32,380 nt of DNA from a virus: the UHGV virus genome UHGV-0208950. One strand, written 5' to 3'. Of the stretch, positions 17,064 to 25,908 are shown one piece after another. Position numbers and translations under genes: made by a program. Within the stretch, counting starts at the first letter, position 1, and every line of letters begins with the position of its first letter. Under the pieces are notes generated by a model. The model did no database searches and was not told where the DNA came from. It was given only the letters and a program-made list of their open reading frames with translations.

Positions 17064-17337
17064 CTATATCGCCCCAATCCGTGTAATTGGTCGCCATTTG
17101 AAGCTGTGCCTTTTGTTCATCATAGGAAGCCTTTAAATGCTCGTAATCGTCCGGCTCTCCAAAGTTTACCTTGCAATATGTAATGACCGCGCGGGTGATC
17201 AATGGATCATTTTCTTTTTCCCCGGTCAAAACGCCGGCTATACCAAGGTCAGCCAGCGCCGCCGATATTAAATCCTCGATCTCACTGTCAAATGCTGTTG
17301 TCTTGATCCGCAGCGCCAGTTTAACCTTCTCAAGCAT
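17056..17337 (-). CDS. Head-tail connector (gp6-like)
   Basis: LEKVKLALRI...DSEIEDLI.AALADL...AVITYCKVNFG pattern. Confidence 0.88.
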   Translation of the reverse strand: MLEKVKLALRIKTTAFDSEIEDLISAALADLGIAGVLTGEKENDPLITRAVITYCKVNFGEPDDYEHLKASYDEQKAQLQMATNYTDWGDIDG

Positions 17338-17650
17338 TTGTTTTCTTCACCTTTCTTCGGGCAGTTGCTTGAACAGCCGGGGTAACTAAAGCCGTGGCAT
17401 CACTGATAACCTCCCCGGTATATTCCCCTGTTCCATAAGCTTTCACCTTAATGTATTTTCCGCTTTCTCCCTCTGTAAGGGTGTAAGTATTATTTACAGC
17501 ATCGGTAATCTCAGAATAATCGCCTTCCTGTTCAGAAGCGCTCTGCCACTGATAAGAAGCCGTTGCTCCCGCGGGTTCTACCGATGCAGTAAGAATTTCC
17601 CCAACCTGAGCTGTCCCGCTTATTGACACGCTCTCAAGCTGGGGGTTTAA
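17330..17650 (-). CDS. Ig-like domain, probably expressed as a -1 frameshift extension of the major capsid protein
   Basis: VSISGTAQVGEILTA...YQWQ...TYTLT...GKYIKV Ig-like pattern. No RBS. The frame is open from the capsid slippery site. Confidence 0.8.
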   Translation of the reverse strand, partial: LNPQLESVSISGTAQVGEILTASVEPAGATASYQWQSASEQEGDYSEITDAVNNTYTLTEGESGKYIKVKAYGTGEYTGEVISDATALVTPAVQATARRKVKKTNA

Positions 17651-18792
17651 CCCCCCGATTTAGACCATTTTACAAACGCTTTCGGGTCTTCCAGCCCTGC
17701 GTCAAACAAGCTGTATCCTACAAAGATTCTGTTTAAGGTCTTATCCTCGATCTGCGGAGTAATGTCAAATAAAATAAATTCATTCGACAAAATTTTCTTA
17801 GGATACCCAATATAGAACGTATCATCTGGAATATTAGAATCCCGTTTAACAGCGGTCCCATACACACGGCCTTCCACAAGCGGGTCAGCCATTGGGTTAG
17901 GAATAAACAGCTTATCTCCTTCTGTTGTTTCCAAACCGGCAAGAGTATTCCAAATAAAGTTGCTGTTTGCGTAAAGAACGCGTTCCCCAGATCCGCGGAG
18001 TAATCCCAATGCTTTTCTGATTTCCTCATCGGTACAGGCTGCCGCAGAAATAACGTTCCCGCTGTCGATCCCTACTGTTCCGGATTTTGCAAGCTGGGAA
18101 AGGATATATGTTTCTTTAGCGACACGGATTCTTTCGGCTAAATGGGTGACAACCCAATCCTCAAAAGCCTGAATGCTCTGGAACTGCATTTTTCTGGACA
18201 TAACAATATGTTTTTTGATCTCAACGCCCGGCAAGGCAATACTGTCAAAGGTGTCCTGTTCATCGTCGTTTGCAGCGCCTTCTGTTACATTTTTTGCATC
18301 GCCGGCATCAATAGATTTCAGACGCGGGATTTCAAATCCAGATACCAGATTTGATTTAAAGGAATCGTCATACATTGGGGAATCATTATCCACCAAGGAC
18401 ACGATCCGGTTCATGATCTCAGTCGGTACAACTTCCCCGGTATTTGCTGTTGTAAAGGTAAACGCGGCGCGTTCCTCTTTGGTTAGATCTCCAAATAACT
18501 TTTTCCCGCGGGAATCCATCGCCATGTTTTTCAACCATGCGGTTTTATATTCCGGGCTGGATGCGTCATAACGTTTTTCTTCTGTTTCCGGCTTAAATCC
18601 TCTGATCACTTCGCCGGCACCATTCGCCACTTCATTCTGAAGCTGTTTTCTTTTTTCGAGCATATCCATCAATGTTTTTCTTTCCTCCTTCAAGCCGCGC
18701 ACTTCTTTTTCCAGTGCGTCAACATCACAATCGCCATCTAACTCAGCTTTGATCTCAGACAGCCTTTTGTCGATTTCTTCGATTCTGTTCAT
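17647..18792 (-). CDS. Major capsid protein, HK97 fold with N-terminal delta domain
   Basis: N-terminal coiled coil and VVPTEIMNRI motif. Follows the prohead protease. GAGGTG RBS. Confidence 0.93.
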   Translation of the reverse strand: MNRIEEIDKRLSEIKAELDGDCDVDALEKEVRGLKEERKTLMDMLEKRKQLQNEVANGAGEVIRGFKPETEEKRYDASSPEYKTAWLKNMAMDSRGKKLFGDLTKEERAAFTFTTANTGEVVPTEIMNRIVSLVDNDSPMYDDSFKSNLVSGFEIPRLKSIDAGDAKNVTEGAANDDEQDTFDSIALPGVEIKKHIVMSRKMQFQSIQAFEDWVVTHLAERIRVAKETYILSQLAKSGTVGIDSGNVISAAACTDEEIRKALGLLRGSGERVLYANSNFIWNTLAGLETTEGDKLFIPNPMADPLVEGRVYGTAVKRDSNIPDDTFYIGYPKKILSNEFILFDITPQIEDKTLNRIFVGYSLFDAGLEDPKAFVKWSKSGG

Positions 18793-18794
18793 GT

Positions 18795-19406
18795 TTACAC
18801 CTCAATCATCAATTTAATTTTTTTAATTCTTTCTTCACGCTCCTGAAACTCCTTCAAGCGCCCCGCAATCACTCCGTCGCAGAACGAACGCGCATTTATC
18901 TCAGTCCCGCTGTTTGCCGGATAGCTTACAGCGGAAACATCGAATACCTTTGGTATCCTGTGGTGAATGATGGTTCTGGTGTTCCTGTCATACTCCATCA
19001 TTTCCCGGTCAGGCAAAAACGCCCAACTCATTTTTGTAATCAGCCCTGTTTCAATGTCCTGATACATTGACCGGCTCGCCTCGGTAAGCCTAAGATCAGC
19101 GGCTTGAAACAATCCTCGGCTGTCCGGCTCAACAAGCAGGGTCTGATTTGACGTTCTGGCAAATACCCTTCCATCGTGGTTATACTGGAAAATGACATCG
19201 GAAAAATCCGTGTCTTTAAATGCTTCGGGTAAAAATTGTTCATAAACGATCCCTTCCTCATCTTCATACAGCGGGTATCTTTCCCATGTGGCCGCATACC
19301 CTTCCACATAAAAATCACTGTCAAACCGTTTGTTGTCCTGTTGTATCATCATTGGCATCGCTACTGTCCTGTACTGTCGCTCCATCTTGATCGGCATTTC
19401 CCTCAT
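18795..19406 (-). CDS. HK97-family prohead protease
   Basis: VEGYAA, YNHDG, MSWAF and DVSAVSYPAN motifs. AGGAG RBS before ATG19406. Confidence 0.92.
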   Translation of the reverse strand: MREMPIKMERQYRTVAMPMMIQQDNKRFDSDFYVEGYAATWERYPLYEDEEGIVYEQFLPEAFKDTDFSDVIFQYNHDGRVFARTSNQTLLVEPDSRGLFQAADLRLTEASRSMYQDIETGLITKMSWAFLPDREMMEYDRNTRTIIHHRIPKVFDVSAVSYPANSGTEINARSFCDGVIAGRLKEFQEREERIKKIKLMIEV

Positions 19407-20553
19407 TCTCTCCTTTCTTTTCTTTCCCAACAAAGTAATATTCACCTCTAATGGTGTACGCCTCCCCTTCTCCGTTTGGCAAAGGCGGTAAATTCCAGAT
19501 CTCCCTGATCTCGTCTCGGTTCATGATCCCACGGTCTGCCATCTGCGCGGACACATTCAGTTTTTCTGTGTTGCTCATGTATTGCAGACGGTTTGCTGTT
19601 GCCATAAAAAAAGAGCCGGAAGCACGTTCCCGCTCTGTAAAAAACATTTTTGTCGCTACGTCTGAAAACTGGATCGCAAACGGTTCGATCGCGCCCTCAT
19701 AAAAGGCGGACCATGAATCCCCATACGCTTTGTTTTGCAGTACCTCGGCATTCACTCCAAAGTAGTTATACACATTTTCCTTAATGGCGTTCATTTGATC
19801 CGCGTCAATAACAAAAGGCGTGCTTTTCACCTGTTGGATATCCGTATATGTATTCGGGAAAAGCAGCACGCCGCCTTCCCCTTGCAAATTTTCACGGGTG
19901 AAGCGTTTCCTTTCTTTTGCCAGATCCTCCGCTTTGGAAAAGTTTCCGACTTTTGCCATAAACCGGAAGGTGGCAGAACTTTTTACTCCCTCGGCAATCC
20001 CCTGATTTTGGATATTGATCAGTTCCATGGTCGGTGTTAAAGCCAAATTGTTTTCTCCAAAAAAATCATCAGAATACTGAAACTTTGTCATGATCCCGCA
20101 GTATTTCATTTCGATTGCGGCATGGTCTCCATTTTGGAACTGGTATCTGATCCACGGTTCCCCGCCCGCTTCCACGATCTCGCAATAGGACGGCAGCACC
20201 GGATACATTCCCGAAGGCTCCCCGTAATAGTCCTGCACTGGGACAATAAACGCAGTATTTTGCACGTCAAGAATGGTAGACAGACGGTAAAGGAACTGTC
20301 CCCAGGTCTGCCACTCGTTTGGGCCAGTCTTCAATTTGGTTTGAAGCTTTGGCTTCGCGCTTCCCTGAAGCTGGACAGACAATTTGCTGATATGCGTTGC
20401 CCGCGCGTGGATCGCACTTCTCACCAGTTCGCTTTCATAGATCTGCCCGCCCCAGCTTGTAAAGATAGGAGTATATGCGGTCAACGTCTGAAAGAATCCC
20501 TGCGGCTCCCGGTTCCCGATCGGGCGTTTAAATATCTTTTCAAATAGACCCAT
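19321..20553 (-). CDS. Portal protein (HK97 family)
   Basis: VRSAIHARA, GPNEWQT, YFGV and NRDEIREIWNLPP motifs. Confidence 0.93.
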   Translation of the reverse strand: MGLFEKIFKRPIGNREPQGFFQTLTAYTPIFTSWGGQIYESELVRSAIHARATHISKLSVQLQGSAKPKLQTKLKTGPNEWQTWGQFLYRLSTILDVQNTAFIVPVQDYYGEPSGMYPVLPSYCEIVEAGGEPWIRYQFQNGDHAAIEMKYCGIMTKFQYSDDFFGENNLALTPTMELINIQNQGIAEGVKSSATFRFMAKVGNFSKAEDLAKERKRFTRENLQGEGGVLLFPNTYTDIQQVKSTPFVIDADQMNAIKENVYNYFGVNAEVLQNKAYGDSWSAFYEGAIEPFAIQFSDVATKMFFTERERASGSFFMATANRLQYMSNTEKLNVSAQMADRGIMNRDEIREIWNLPPLPNGEGEAYTIRGEYYFVGKEKKGENEGNADQDGATVQDSSDANDDTTGQQTV

Positions 20554-20731
20554 TTTCTGTAATCACCTCTGCATCATCTTCAAATTCAATTACCTGATAT
20601 TCAATATTTTCCGGTATGGAAACTACACCAGATGGAAGTTGAGAAAGCACATTTCTCCGTATTTGTTCCATATCTTTTCTTGATAATACATACTTTGAAT
20701 ACAAGAATATGACTTTCTTTCCTCTACTCAT
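20540..20731 (-). CDS. Small hypothetical protein between terL and portal
   Basis: 63 aa, overlapping both neighbours. AT-rich. Confidence 0.65.
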   Translation of the reverse strand: MSRGKKVIFLYSKYVLSRKDMEQIRRNVLSQLPSGVVSIPENIEYQVIEFEDDAEVITENGSI

Positions 20732-22376
20732 TTTTTAGCTGCTCCCCAATCTCCGCATAGTATTTTTGCCGGACTGTCATAGCGTCCAGCAAAGCCGCCC
20801 CACCGTCAATATGATCGTTTGCGCTCATCTTGACCAGCTTGCTTCTGCCGCTTTCAGCTTCGCTTTTGACCGCCATATTCAGCAAATGGACCTTTAACAG
20901 GTCATTATCCCCTATATTAAATACACCGTCTTTCATCTGCCCTTCTACCTCCCGAATAACCGGGGTAAGGTTATAGCCCTGAAAAACATCGTCCATATGG
21001 AAGCCATACTGTTTCATTTCCTGTACCAAATACTGCGCCGTGTACCGGTCATACCCCACCTGCAAAGGATATATCTGGTATTCTTCTACCAGCATTCGGA
21101 ACCAGTCAAAACAGTCGTGGTAATCTACGAAGTTATCTCCGGACAGTTTCAAAAGCCCGCGCTGCACATATGCCGAATATGGAAGTCCGTCCCGTGCAGT
21201 CGCTTCCTCCAGCTTTTCAGAAGGCAGGAAAAACTGTGCAAAAATAAACAGCCTGCCAGCCTTTTCAATCACGGCTGTACAAGCTGTTAAGTCTGTAGTA
21301 CGGCTCAAGTCGATCCCGCCTACACAATATGTATCTCTAAATTCTTCTAATTCCAAATGGGTGCCGCTGCATTTCTCAACTGCTTTTGTAGACAGCCACG
21401 CCTGTGAACTGTTCTGTTTAATATTACAGTACTTCGTCATGAACTCGGCTTTTTTGGAAAGGCTTCCTTCCGCGATTGCGATTTCTTCCAGAAGATAATC
21501 AACCGATACAGAAACTCCCAAATTAGGATTTGACTTTTGCAGTTCGTTGATATCGTTCCATTTGTCGATATCATCAATCATGTACAAAAACGGCGCAAGC
21601 CTTGTTTCCTTGGAATCTCCCAACAGGAACCGCGTGGAGCGCTTGATAAGTTCGTCATAAATTCCCTCATTGATATATCCAGATGTTGAAATGGACAATA
21701 AAAGCGGCTGTTTCCTCGCCCCGAACGAAGATTTAATGACCTCGTAAAATTTCAGTCCCTGTTCTCCCGGCCAGCTTGCAATTTCATCAGCAACGCACAA
21801 ACTGATATTTAAGCCGTCCGATTTCTTCGCAGAAAACGCAAGCGGTTTTGCGCTGGAATTAGTTTCGGCAACATAAACATCTGACCGCCGTTTTTTTGTC
21901 ATTGTAGATAGTTCCGGGTCTTTGTCTATCATCTGGAAAAAAGCATCATAACAGAGCGCGGCCTGCTCCAGTTTAGGGGCGGCAAAATAAATACGCGCCC
22001 CATATTCTCCGTCTAAAAACATACAGTATTCAGAGACCCCCGCCGCAAAGAGGGTTTTCCCGTTTTTTCTGGCTACTACGCAAACTATCTCCCGGAACTG
22101 TCTTGTACCGTTCTGGTCCATGATTCCAAACACCACAGATACAAAAGCCTTTTGCCAAAGTTCCAGCCTTATCAGCTGCGGAGCCAGCGCGCCCTCATGA
22201 TGGCGGCAAAATGTTTCAATGAACTTGATCGCCTTATTTGCTTTTTTAGGGGCAAAATAAAAGTTCCCTTGTTCAAGCCCTTTGACGATGTACTCATACC
22301 AGACTTTGATCCATTTCCCAACAACGATAGAACCATCTTGTATTTTTTGGTAGTACTCATAAATATAATTATTCAT
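20724..22376 (-). CDS. terL: Terminase large subunit
   Basis: VARKNGKT Walker A, VADEIA Walker B, GGIDLSRTTDL and IDGGAALLDA nuclease motifs. Confidence 0.95.
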   Translation of the reverse strand: MNNYIYEYYQKIQDGSIVVGKWIKVWYEYIVKGLEQGNFYFAPKKANKAIKFIETFCRHHEGALAPQLIRLELWQKAFVSVVFGIMDQNGTRQFREIVCVVARKNGKTLFAAGVSEYCMFLDGEYGARIYFAAPKLEQAALCYDAFFQMIDKDPELSTMTKKRRSDVYVAETNSSAKPLAFSAKKSDGLNISLCVADEIASWPGEQGLKFYEVIKSSFGARKQPLLLSISTSGYINEGIYDELIKRSTRFLLGDSKETRLAPFLYMIDDIDKWNDINELQKSNPNLGVSVSVDYLLEEIAIAEGSLSKKAEFMTKYCNIKQNSSQAWLSTKAVEKCSGTHLELEEFRDTYCVGGIDLSRTTDLTACTAVIEKAGRLFIFAQFFLPSEKLEEATARDGLPYSAYVQRGLLKLSGDNFVDYHDCFDWFRMLVEEYQIYPLQVGYDRYTAQYLVQEMKQYGFHMDDVFQGYNLTPVIREVEGQMKDGVFNIGDNDLLKVHLLNMAVKSEAESGRSKLVKMSANDHIDGGAALLDAMTVRQKYYAEIGEQLKNE

Positions 22377-22710
22377 TCATGAGTTCCCCTAACTTGCTTT
22401 TTTTCTGATCTGCTGGAAGTAATTTTTCCAACCTGTCCGAAATCGTATTGTAATTTTTGATAAGGCTGTTATATGCCTGTAGATCCGCGGCAGCCTTTTT
22501 TCCGTATTGGTTCGCCCCATTTTTATATTCATCGCTGCACCCGTTTGCATTGATACTTTCCTGTAGATCGTCAAGCGTAATTTTCATAAAAGCAGCATTT
22601 TCCAAAAGCGGCGTTACGATTGCCAGCTTATTTTTAGGCAGTGCCGAATAAATCTTTTTTAATCTCTGCAATTCTTTTTTTATCCGTGTTTCTTTTGTTG
22701 ATTCCGGCAA
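22369..22710 (-). CDS. terS: Terminase small subunit (P27-like)
   Basis: TTG start after GGGGG. LLENAAFM and YKNGANQYG.K motifs. Precedes terL. Confidence 0.85.
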   Translation of the reverse strand: MPESTKETRIKKELQRLKKIYSALPKNKLAIVTPLLENAAFMKITLDDLQESINANGCSDEYKNGANQYGKKAAADLQAYNSLIKNYNTISDRLEKLLPADQKKSKLGELMNE

Positions 22711-22740
22711 AATAACACCCCCTTTGTGGTTATTTCCAGT

Positions 22741-22800
22741 TTTTTTGTACTTCACCCGCCGGTCTCCCCGGTAGCCTGTTTTTTATTTGATAGGGGGGAT
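22741..22800 (-). other. Putative cos packaging region
   Basis: The - strand reads CCCCCC...GGGGAGAC-CGGCGGGTG between the HNH and terS genes, the usual layout for HNH-dependent cos phages. Confidence 0.5.
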
Positions 22801-22992
22801 ATGCATTTCTTTTCCTAAAAAATCTGCTTTACACTTTTCAATAATTCTTTGACAAATAAAATAATTTTTACATCTTAGTGATGTATTAACTATGTAAGGA
22901 ATTTCGTCAGCATAAAATGTTTCTTCAACTATTTCAGTTTCCCTATATCCACAGCCATCGCATTCCTTATGTTGGATATATTCAACATTCAT
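22783..22992 (-). CDS. Small Cys-rich hypothetical protein
   Basis: 69 aa, CxxC...Cx5C pattern. ATGA-coupled to the HNH gene. Confidence 0.65.
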   Translation of the reverse strand: MNVEYIQHKECDGCGYRETEIVEETFYADEIPYIVNTSLRCKNYFICQRIIEKCKADFLGKEMHIPPIK

Positions 22993-23282
22993 ATAATCAC
23001 TCTCCCCATCTCATCAACTTTATATCTCTTGGTACTGCCATGTGCTTTAGCATGGCAATCCCTGCACAACAATTCTAGATTATCCCACGACAAAGATATA
23101 TCTGGATCGTTTATATTATCAGGTGTGAGAGCCGTCTTATGATGTACGATCTCACCAGCCTTGTATATCCCATTCTTCAGGCATTGTTCACACAAGCCTC
23201 CTACACTTTGCGCATAAGTTTTACGGCAATTCCGCCATGCTTTAGATTTGTAAAATGTTCTGGCAAATTCTTTCATAGGCAT
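22989..23282 (-). CDS. HNH endonuclease (terminase cofactor)
   Basis: FYKSKAW, CEQC, IVHH and NLELLCRDCHAKAH motifs. Upstream of terS. Confidence 0.92.
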   Translation of the reverse strand: MPMKEFARTFYKSKAWRNCRKTYAQSVGGLCEQCLKNGIYKAGEIVHHKTALTPDNINDPDISLSWDNLELLCRDCHAKAHGSTKRYKVDEMGRVII

Positions 23283-23317
23283 AATAAAAGCACCCAACCG
23301 AATGATTGAGTGCAATA

Positions 23318-23434
23318 TTAAAGTTCAACTCTTTCTCTTAAAAAGCAAAAACAACGTGAGAATAAGTTGATTTGAAACCATGTTTCGGCATATCTTTTTC
23401 CATTCTCTTCATAAATTGTAAGATAATGTTTCAT
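23318..23434 (-). CDS. 38-aa hypothetical protein, not in ORF track
   Basis: GGGAGG RBS. MKHYLTIYEENGKRYAETWFQINLFSRCFCFLRERVEL*. Confidence 0.65.
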   Translation of the reverse strand: MKHYLTIYEENGKRYAETWFQINLFSRCFCFLRERVEL

Positions 23435-23589
23435 ACTTTCCTCCCAAATAAAAAGCACCCCCATTACTGGAAGTGCTGTAATCTCTCGCGCCTGTTTGGG
23501 CGCGTCCTTAATGTTTACGGGATTATCCCGGCGGCTGTACCGCGTAATCTTTGAAAAGGAGTGTCAAATGTCTTTTCACTTTTCCCATG

Positions 23590-23630
23590 ATATTATTTTA
23601 TACCGGAAGTACGTCCTCTGTGTTACCCTT
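23590..23630 (-). promoter_or_regulatory. Probable activator-dependent late promoter
   Basis: -10-like TAAAAT (23600-23595) with no consensus -35, directly downstream of the RinA/ArpU-like gene. Confidence 0.45.
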
Positions 23631-23639
23631 TTCTTGCAT

Positions 23640-24038
23640 CTACACCATATGGCGTTTTTGAGCAAGGATATAAAAAAACTTTCTGCGAATCTCATAGAAC
23701 TGTCTTCTTCCGCACGGGACACCCATAAATTCATATGGTACACATTCAGTAACATTGGCAATAATTTGTTTATACAGAGATGGCTCCGCTTCTTTTGCTG
23801 ATTCTTCTATCAGTTTACAGTCTGATATTAGCTGTGCCCTGATTTCGGCAGCTTTTGCAGTAGGATTCCCCGGCTCAGTACTTCCGGGCATTCCGGTATA
23901 AGCAACGCCTTTCGCTCCCAGCAATGAATCAGCCTTTTGTTTTTTCTTGCTGTACTGCAAACAAAAGTTATGTAATTCCCGGTATTGGTATTTATCAATG
24001 TTGTATTTGTCCAGCTTTAAATCTCTTTTGTTTGGCAC
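23640..24038 (-). CDS. RinA/ArpU-like late transcriptional activator
   Basis: YRELHNFCLQY, GNPT.K.A and GRRQFYEIRRKFF motifs. Last gene before the packaging module. Confidence 0.8.
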   Translation of the reverse strand: MPNKRDLKLDKYNIDKYQYRELHNFCLQYSKKKQKADSLLGAKGVAYTGMPGSTEPGNPTAKAAEIRAQLISDCKLIEESAKEAEPSLYKQIIANVTECVPYEFMGVPCGRRQFYEIRRKFFYILAQKRHMV

Positions 24039-24172
24039 TACTTGTCCTCCCCTGCGCTCAAAATCATTTCCGCCAGCCCCTCAATCAAAACGCCCAGAAC
24101 GATGACCCCGATCCCGATAAAGCCAATGGGAACGGCGATTAGTTTTTTAATTTTTCTCACGGCTAGTATCAT
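24038..24172 (-). CDS. Small membrane protein (44 aa)
   Basis: MILAVRKIKKLIAVPIGFIGIGVIVLGVLIEG hydrophobic helix. Stop overlaps the next start. Confidence 0.55.
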   Translation of the reverse strand: MILAVRKIKKLIAVPIGFIGIGVIVLGVLIEGLAEMILSAGEDK

Positions 24173-24542
24173 TTTGCTCTCTTGTATATTCAGGATAATT
24201 CGGCTCCATTTCTTTTGAATAAACAAATTCTGCACCAATTTCTATATTGTTATAAACTTCTTCCGTTATGCGATAAGTAGCTTTTTGAATGTTCTGATCG
24301 TCTTGATTCCATTGCTATATTGTTACTTCCCATTTTTCAGAATAATAATATGTATAAGGAATAAAACTCGTATGGCTAGTTTTTCCGTCCGAATAAATGA
24401 CAGGTATCATTTGCATTTGAGTATATGCAGGAGAATACTTTTTACTAACAACTTCGCCTTTTGTGATTTTTTCGGAACAACCACATAGAATAATTGTTAA
24501 AACGAAAATTGCTGGTAAAACATTTCTTAATGTTCTTTTCAT
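24147..24542 (-). pseudogene. Lipoprotein gene interrupted by one in-frame TAG (24315-24317)
   Basis: Lipobox-like IILCGC. The frame stays open for 55 codons after the TAG and ends overlapping the next gene. Confidence 0.7.
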
Positions 24543-24880
24543 TCCTCACTCACCAGCTTTCTCCCGCATTTGGGGCAGTATTCTGCTTCTTCGTAATGAG
24601 CAATCCCGTCACCAACACAAAAATAATGAGGCTTAATGATATGTATGCGTTCTCCCCATATCCACTCAGAAGGTTGTTTGTAATTATGATCGTCACACCA
24701 CTCACACCCTTTCTCCCTCTCGGCTTTCTCTTTCAGGGCTTCTCTGCCTATTAAAAAAATATCACGCTGTCTTTTAAATTCTTCTTTAACAATATCGCTA
24801 TATCGGTCAGAGAGCAGATCATCTTCATAGCCTTTAATCAAAATATCATATTCTTTTATTGCCTGTTCGATCTCAGTCAT
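24539..24880 (-). CDS. Hypothetical protein with C-terminal Zn ribbon
   Basis: CEWC...YCPKCGRKL. AGGAG RBS before MTEIEQ. Confidence 0.75.
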   Translation of the reverse strand: MTEIEQAIKEYDILIKGYEDDLLSDRYSDIVKEEFKRQRDIFLIGREALKEKAEREKGCEWCDDHNYKQPSEWIWGERIHIIKPHYFCVGDGIAHYEEAEYCPKCGRKLVSEE

Positions 24881-24897
24881 TCTTTTTACACTCCTTT

Positions 24898-25245
24898 TCA
24901 TGCATACCATTTTTCGGCTTTTCTAAAAAGCTGTACAACATCTTCATAACCCAACTCAACTAATAAATTACAAAGCAAATCGTCCATTCCTTTGTGGCAT
25001 GCTTCAGTGTCATCTTTGCTTAGGTTAATCATATTGGTCATAAGTTCAAAATAGTCTAGAGAGGGTTGTTTATGATTCCTGATCCGTTCGTAAATATTTT
25101 TGCACCGTTGTACATACTTGCAGCTAACTACCGTATCCCCGCACACATATGGTGTCATATTTGCAAATGATATATTTTCAAGACTTACTTTTGCCTTAAA
25201 ATCCGGACATTCCTGACAATATTTTTCAACTTGCAATTTAATCAT
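24898..25245 (-). CDS. Two-domain hypothetical protein
   Basis: GGAGG RBS before MIKLQV. Cys-rich N-terminal half and a DDLLC..L..LGY...KWYA C-terminal half. Confidence 0.7.
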   Translation of the reverse strand: MIKLQVEKYCQECPDFKAKVSLENISFANMTPYVCGDTVVSCKYVQRCKNIYERIRNHKQPSLDYFELMTNMINLSKDDTEACHKGMDDLLCNLLVELGYEDVVQLFRKAEKWYA

Positions 25246-25630
25246 CTTTCCCTCCCTGCACGCCTCGCCATTCCCAATTTGGTCTATCTCCATTAGTTTC
25301 TAAACATTTAACACATTCAGTTGATATACCTCTAATTCCTGGTTGATTAAATTTGCAAAAATCACAGCACCCTTTCAATTCCTTCACCGCCGCCTCCTTC
25401 TCAGCCTTGACCTGTTCTAGTTCTGATTGTAGCTTCTCAATCGCTTCGGCCAGTTGATTACATGCTGCTTGTTGGCTTCGTGAAACAAGCTCTAAATCCT
25501 CGATTACTTCGGCGGCGCTTTCTAACATATCAGCGTCTACTGCACTAAAACAAAAATTATCATCATCTTGTGTCTGAAAATAATTTTCCCTTAGAGATTT
25601 CAGATTTTCTACTAATTCCTCATACATCAC
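25238..25630 (-). CDS. Coiled-coil/Cys-containing hypothetical protein
   Basis: 130 aa with CDFC...CVKC...WEWRG. Operon coupling. Confidence 0.75.
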   Translation of the reverse strand: MMYEELVENLKSLRENYFQTQDDDNFCFSAVDADMLESAAEVIEDLELVSRSQQAACNQLAEAIEKLQSELEQVKAEKEAAVKELKGCCDFCKFNQPGIRGISTECVKCLETNGDRPNWEWRGVQGGKDD

Positions 25631-25833
25631 TAGCCCTCCTCCGGCGGCTGGGGTAATGGCAGCCAGTGGGTTACTTCTCCCGGCTCTCTATTAAAATAAT
25701 TGCTATGCCAGATTCCATTATTGCTGACAAACCCTTCATGCACTGTAGAAAACGGCTGTTCTCCCGGCATATAACATAAAACACTGATAAACGGTTCCGG
25801 CAACCCGTCATTTACGCTGATCCATTCACTCAT
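25630..25833 (-). CDS. DUF551-family protein
   Basis: MSEWISV...LPE...VTHWLPLPQPP signature. Confidence 0.88.
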   Translation of the reverse strand: MSEWISVNDGLPEPFISVLCYMPGEQPFSTVHEGFVSNNGIWHSNYFNREPGEVTHWLPLPQPPEEG

Positions 25834-25908
25834 TTCCTCTTTTTCCTCCTCCCGGCCTTACTCCGGTCTTTCCCGTTCGCCGTACCAATCACACGGTTGA
25901 TAAACTTC

